Shown: positions 37,893 to 41,555 of the stretch, one piece after another
How the letters are laid out: every line of letters begins with the position of its first letter
Numbering within the stretch: the stretch's first letter is position 1
Virus record (IMG/VR): IMGVR_UViG_2698536372_000033
Reading direction: 5' to 3' (one strand)
Length of the DNA stretch: 41,555 bases
Origin: a virus
Lineage: Duplodnaviria; Heunggongvirae; Uroviricota; Caudoviricetes
Made by a program: the position numbers and the translations under genes
The notes under the pieces: model-generated
Databases searched by the model: none
Told to the model about the DNA's origin: nothing
The model's input: the letters and a program-made list of their open reading frames with translations, nothing else

Positions 37893-39076
37893 CAGGCACC
37901 TCCCAGCACCGCAAATGCGGGTTCAAAGTATTCATCAGTAAACGTCTGGTAAAGCTCCATGTCTTCCAGTGGCGGAACGGGCGTATATTTGTAGCGAATA
38001 CGCACACGCCCCTGACGTAAATCCGTGGTGCTGTTATCCACCACGTCATACCAGCACTCCGCGCCAATCAGTTTCCCGGCAGTAACCAGCGAATCCAGTT
38101 TTGCCCTGATGGCACTGATAACATCCTTCACGTTCGCAGGCGTCAGTGGACTGTCGATGGTTTCAAACTGCGCTTCCGCAATTGAATCAGCCAGCACCTG
38201 TGCGGTTCGGGTATACACCTCAAAGATGTAGGCGTTCGTTTCCGGTGTGCGGTTGCCCCAGAAGCGGAACCCGTTGCGACGAATAATGGTCGTGATTTCT
38301 TTGTTGTTGAGGCTGTTGGCATCACTGTCTTCGGCCTGCAACGACCAGAAAACATGCCTGGACATCCCCAGCACATTTTTAACAGGAACGTTGGACAGCG
38401 ATTTGTGCCAGCCCTGCTCATGGTCAATGTACGCACGAAGGCCGCACGCATAGGCAGGCGCGGGGAACGTTTCGTTTTTGCCACTTTTCGGGTTGTAGGC
38501 GATGAAGTCCGGCCATAAGAGCATCACCTCACGTTCGTTGAATTTCTGGCGGTAGGTAATTGCCTCAGCCATCGTGTTACAGTCATGACATGAGGCATAC
38601 ACAAACGCGCGCAGTTTACCCGCAATCACGCACAGGGATTTTGTCACCGCCTCCGTGTCCAGCTCCGGCGCGGCCAGAATACGCGGACGGTATCCGATGC
38701 TTTCATCCTGCTCTGCAACAAGCAGCGCATACATCCCCGTATAGCTGCCGTCAGATTCAGAACCACCGATAACCAGTTGATCCTGCGTCTTACCGCCTTC
38801 TTCTTTGTGTTCAGCCACGCGAACGACGATCACTTTTGTGCTCACCTGGTCTGCAATAGCCTTAAGCGCACGATAAAGCGTCCCCGTAGTCCCGCATTTT
38901 CCCAGCACGTCATTGACGCGGGTCAGCAGTGTGGGCTTGTTCAGCGGGAACAGCTCCGCGTCCGCATCATCCGCCGTTGCCACGATACCGATAACACTGG
39001 AATCAACATCATTAATCGCTGTTACCAGGTCGGTACTTTCCGTAACACGGGCACCATGAAAACGAGTTTCACTCAT
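37892..39076 (-). CDS. FI: Contractile tail sheath protein (P2 gpFI-like)
   Basis: 394 aa; FPLNKP, LRAF.Y, QGWHKTLSNV, RRNGFRFWGNRT, YTRTAQV, YTPVPPLE blocks match recalled P2 FI. Confidence 0.9.
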   Translation of the reverse strand: MSETRFHGARVTESTDLVTAINDVDSSVIGIVATADDADAELFPLNKPTLLTRVNDVLGKCGTTGTLYRALKAIADQVSTKVIVVRVAEHKEEGGKTQDQLVIGGSESDGSYTGMYALLVAEQDESIGYRPRILAAPELDTEAVTKSLCVIAGKLRAFVYASCHDCNTMAEAITYRQKFNEREVMLLWPDFIAYNPKSGKNETFPAPAYACGLRAYIDHEQGWHKSLSNVPVKNVLGMSRHVFWSLQAEDSDANSLNNKEITTIIRRNGFRFWGNRTPETNAYIFEVYTRTAQVLADSIAEAQFETIDSPLTPANVKDVISAIRAKLDSLVTAGKLIGAECWYDVVDNSTTDLRQGRVRIRYKYTPVPPLEDMELYQTFTDEYFEPAFAVLGGA

Positions 39077-39233
39077 AGCTTCAGCCCCTTGTATCCGTTA
39101 AATGATTCGGCAACAATCATCACCCACCACGCGCGTAATCTCACCCCTGCGCCGTTCTCCCGCCACGGCGACAACAAAAAGCAGTAACCCCCTATGCACG
39201 CACATGCGACCATGCCGCACAGGGAGGGAACAG
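39077..39233. promoter_or_regulatory. Divergent intergenic region between inverted sheath operon and gene D (must contain promoters for both)
   Basis: Inferred from gene orientation only. Confidence 0.35.
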
Positions 39234-40334
39234 ATGACCGATACCACCATGCAATTGCTCAGTCAGAGCACAGACCCCGTGAAAATGCCGGATTTTGATA
39301 TTCTCGCGGAGGGGGAAACACTGTCCGGCGTGGCAGAGCGCCTGATGAGCCTGTCACTGACCGACAACCGGGGATTTGAAGCGGACCTGCTCACCATCAC
39401 GCTGGATGATGCGGATGGTCAGTTGCAGCTACCGCCACGGGGCGCGCGCCTGACGGTTCTCATTGGCTGGAAAGGAGAACCGCTGACAGAAAAAGGCACT
39501 TACATTGTTGATGAAATCGCTCACGAAGGACCGCCGGACAGGCTGACTGTTTCAGCCAGAAGCGCAGATTTTCGGGATGAATTTAACGTTAAACGTGAGG
39601 TGTCCTGGCATGATGTGACCGTTGAGCGCGTGGTATCCGCCATCGCTCATCGGTACGGTCTGAAACCACAAATCAGCGAAATGCTGATGGATATTGAAAT
39701 CGACCACGCCGACCAGACCGAAGAAAGCGACATGTCCTTCCTTACGCGCATGGCGGAAATGCTGGGCGCAATCACTACGGTAAAAAGCAGTAATCTGTTA
39801 TTCATCATGCCAGGCGGTGGCGTGAACGCACAGGGCCAGCCGTTGCCATCGTTCGCCATCACGCGCAGCAGTGGCGATCGCCATCAGTTCCGCATTGCTG
39901 ACCGCGAAGCGTATACGGGGGTACGTGCTTACTGGCTTGATCTTAATTACGGGAAAAAGAAAAAAGTCAGCGTGAAACGCCGCAAACCGAAAAAGGAGAA
40001 AAGCAGCAGCCGTGAAGGTGACTATATGGAAGGTGCGGAAGGCAACGTGTTTGTGTTACGCAAGACTTATCAGAACGAGCAGGCAGCAAGACGTGCAGCG
40101 GCGGCAAAGTGGCAGCAGCTACAACGCGGAGCCGCATCATTCTCCATCACGCTGGCGCGTGGACGCGCAGAACTCTATCCCGAAATGCATGGCACGGTGA
40201 CAGGCTTCAAAAGTGACATCGATAATCAGGACTGGATTATTGCAAAAGCCGAGCACACCATTGATAACAGCGGCTTTACCACACAGCTTGAGCTTGAAGC
40301 AAAAATCCCGGAATGGATAGCAGAAACAGAATGA
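39234..40334 (+). CDS. D: Tail protein D (P2 gpD-like)
   Basis: ATG 39234 after AGGGAGGG; 366 aa (P2 D 387 aa); position at the right end of the tail cluster. Confidence 0.8.
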   Translation: MTDTTMQLLSQSTDPVKMPDFDILAEGETLSGVAERLMSLSLTDNRGFEADLLTITLDDADGQLQLPPRGARLTVLIGWKGEPLTEKGTYIVDEIAHEGPPDRLTVSARSADFRDEFNVKREVSWHDVTVERVVSAIAHRYGLKPQISEMLMDIEIDHADQTEESDMSFLTRMAEMLGAITTVKSSNLLFIMPGGGVNAQGQPLPSFAITRSSGDRHQFRIADREAYTGVRAYWLDLNYGKKKKVSVKRRKPKKEKSSSREGDYMEGAEGNVFVLRKTYQNEQAARRAAAAKWQQLQRGAASFSITLARGRAELYPEMHGTVTGFKSDIDNQDWIIAKAEHTIDNSGFTTQLELEAKIPEWIAETE

Positions 40335-40733
40335 GCAAATTAGATGTATTGACTCAAACCAGAACTGACACACTCACAGCACAGTGCCAGACCCAATCTG
40401 GCAGCCCGCTTTGTGCCTAGAGCAGGTGTTGCTTATGTAACAGTTAATCCACGGATAGTGGTCATGAATGCTGGTTGAAGTTGTATTGCCATGAGTGGTC
40501 AATTAGGGACTCACTTATTATCGCGTGCTCACCATTGATGGGTAAGATCATGCATTTCGGCTACTGTACTTCGCGAATCCTCCGCACACAGGCAACACCT
40601 GATTTAAGAACAGAGGGAGATGATGACGCAAGGAAGATTTATTATCGTGCATGTGGCAGATGATCTTTTAGCTGCCGGAGTGATAAATTACACCTATTTT
40701 CGATAAGTGTTTTTGTTATAGAACATTAATTTC

Positions 40734-41555
40734 GTGGGAAACAATAAAGTGAAATTAGGAAGAAATGATAAGTGCTGGTGTAATTCAGGACTTAAGTATA
40801 AAAAGTGCCATCTTGGTCGAGATCGTGAAACTCCGGTATCCAAAGCCGAGGCACTGAAATTTTCAAAGTCTCTCTCGCAGAGAAAGGCATGTTATGCGCC
40901 AGCATCCATGCACGAAGATTGTGATAAACGCATCGTTCAGGCGCATACGATATCTAAGAGCAGTAGCCTTAAGGCGATCGCCGACTCCAGCAATCACGTC
41001 ATGGGGGTGATAATGAACTTAGCAAGCCTGATGAGAAACAACGGAAAATGGCTTCCCGAGAAGATCGGTATCAATCAGGCATCCACTTTTACAGGATTTT
41101 GTGCAGTTCATGACAGAATCTTATTTTCATGCCTAGAGAACGAAAAATTTACAGGCACGGACGAGCAGTGCTTTGCCTTAATGTTTCGTTCATTGTCTAA
41201 AGAAATTTATGCCAAAGAAGGGGGAGTGCTATCTTCTGATTTTGCTAAAAATGCCGATAAAGGAAAGCTACAAGTTGAACAGTATTATATTCAGAAATTA
41301 ATCGACCAGCACCAAAGTGGCTTAAATGCAGCAATAATTGAATTAAATAATCTTAAAACTAGCCTCGACCGCATCCTACTTAGCAGGCAATTTTCAGAAA
41401 TTGAAAGTGTTATCTTCACTTTTGCAGAGCCTTTACCAATTGTAGTTTCGTCAATTCTTTCACCGGAGAGGGATTTCGATGGGACCAAAATTCAGGATTT
41501 GAGCGATCTGAGGTGTACTGGCAATAGCGGACACTACCATTTGTTCTTTTTTTAA
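40734..41555 (+). CDS. SEC-C metal-binding motif protein of unknown function (AT-rich, at or beyond prophage right end)
   Basis: 273 aa; N-terminal CWCNSGLKYKKCH matches the SecA C-terminal zinc-binding (SEC-C) motif; GTG start with weak RBS; stop is the last codon of the window. Confidence 0.5.
   Translation: MGNNKVKLGRNDKCWCNSGLKYKKCHLGRDRETPVSKAEALKFSKSLSQRKACYAPASMHEDCDKRIVQAHTISKSSSLKAIADSSNHVMGVIMNLASLMRNNGKWLPEKIGINQASTFTGFCAVHDRILFSCLENEKFTGTDEQCFALMFRSLSKEIYAKEGGVLSSDFAKNADKGKLQVEQYYIQKLIDQHQSGLNAAIIELNNLKTSLDRILLSRQFSEIESVIFTFAEPLPIVVSSILSPERDFDGTKIQDLSDLRCTGNSGHYHLFFF

Noticed and set aside
40475-40663. 62-aa ORF in the region after gene D
   Set aside because: No RBS, no zinc-finger pattern; overlaps the more plausible 28-aa ORF; probably non-coding.
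1-41555. Searched for IS elements/transposases, tRNA genes and attL/attR direct repeats
   Set aside because: No transposase-like ORF seen; the window begins at the int stop so attL is outside it; no tRNA or att core could be recognised by eye in 40335-40733.

Overview
The window is essentially one complete P2-like (Peduovirus-type) temperate myovirus prophage. It starts at the stop codon of the integrase gene (pos 1) and runs through gene D (to 40334), followed by about 400 bp of non-coding DNA and an AT-rich SEC-C-motif gene. Gene order follows P2: int, C repressor, early operon, replication gene A, then Q-P, O-N-M-L-X, lysis genes, R-S-V-W-J-I-H-tfa, the FI-FII-E/E'-T-U tail block, and D. 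There are three departures from P2. (i) The FI-FII-E-T-U block (33501-39076) is inverted relative to H and D. (ii) No Ogr-type late activator gene is visible after D. (iii) Roughly 9 kb of cargo sits at four points: downstream of the repressor (1008-2035), at the tin/old position (ParM/ParR-like pair plus a hairpin-flanked gene, 7899-9866), after the lysis cassette (NanS-p-like esterase, 18082-19959), and in the tail-fibre / Z-fun position (25561-33377). That last region holds tandemly duplicated fibre-tip + tfa cassettes, two diverged CysE-like acetyltransferases, and a tightly coupled four-gene operon (29281-32149) of no family I recognise, whose last gene fuses a novel N-terminal domain to the phage tail-fibre tip. 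This operon is my best candidate for an undescribed accessory system (defence, exclusion or host range). All calls come from reading the sequence and the supplied ORF translations, with family assignments from recalled P2, R1 ParM/ParR and CysE sequences; no database search was run.
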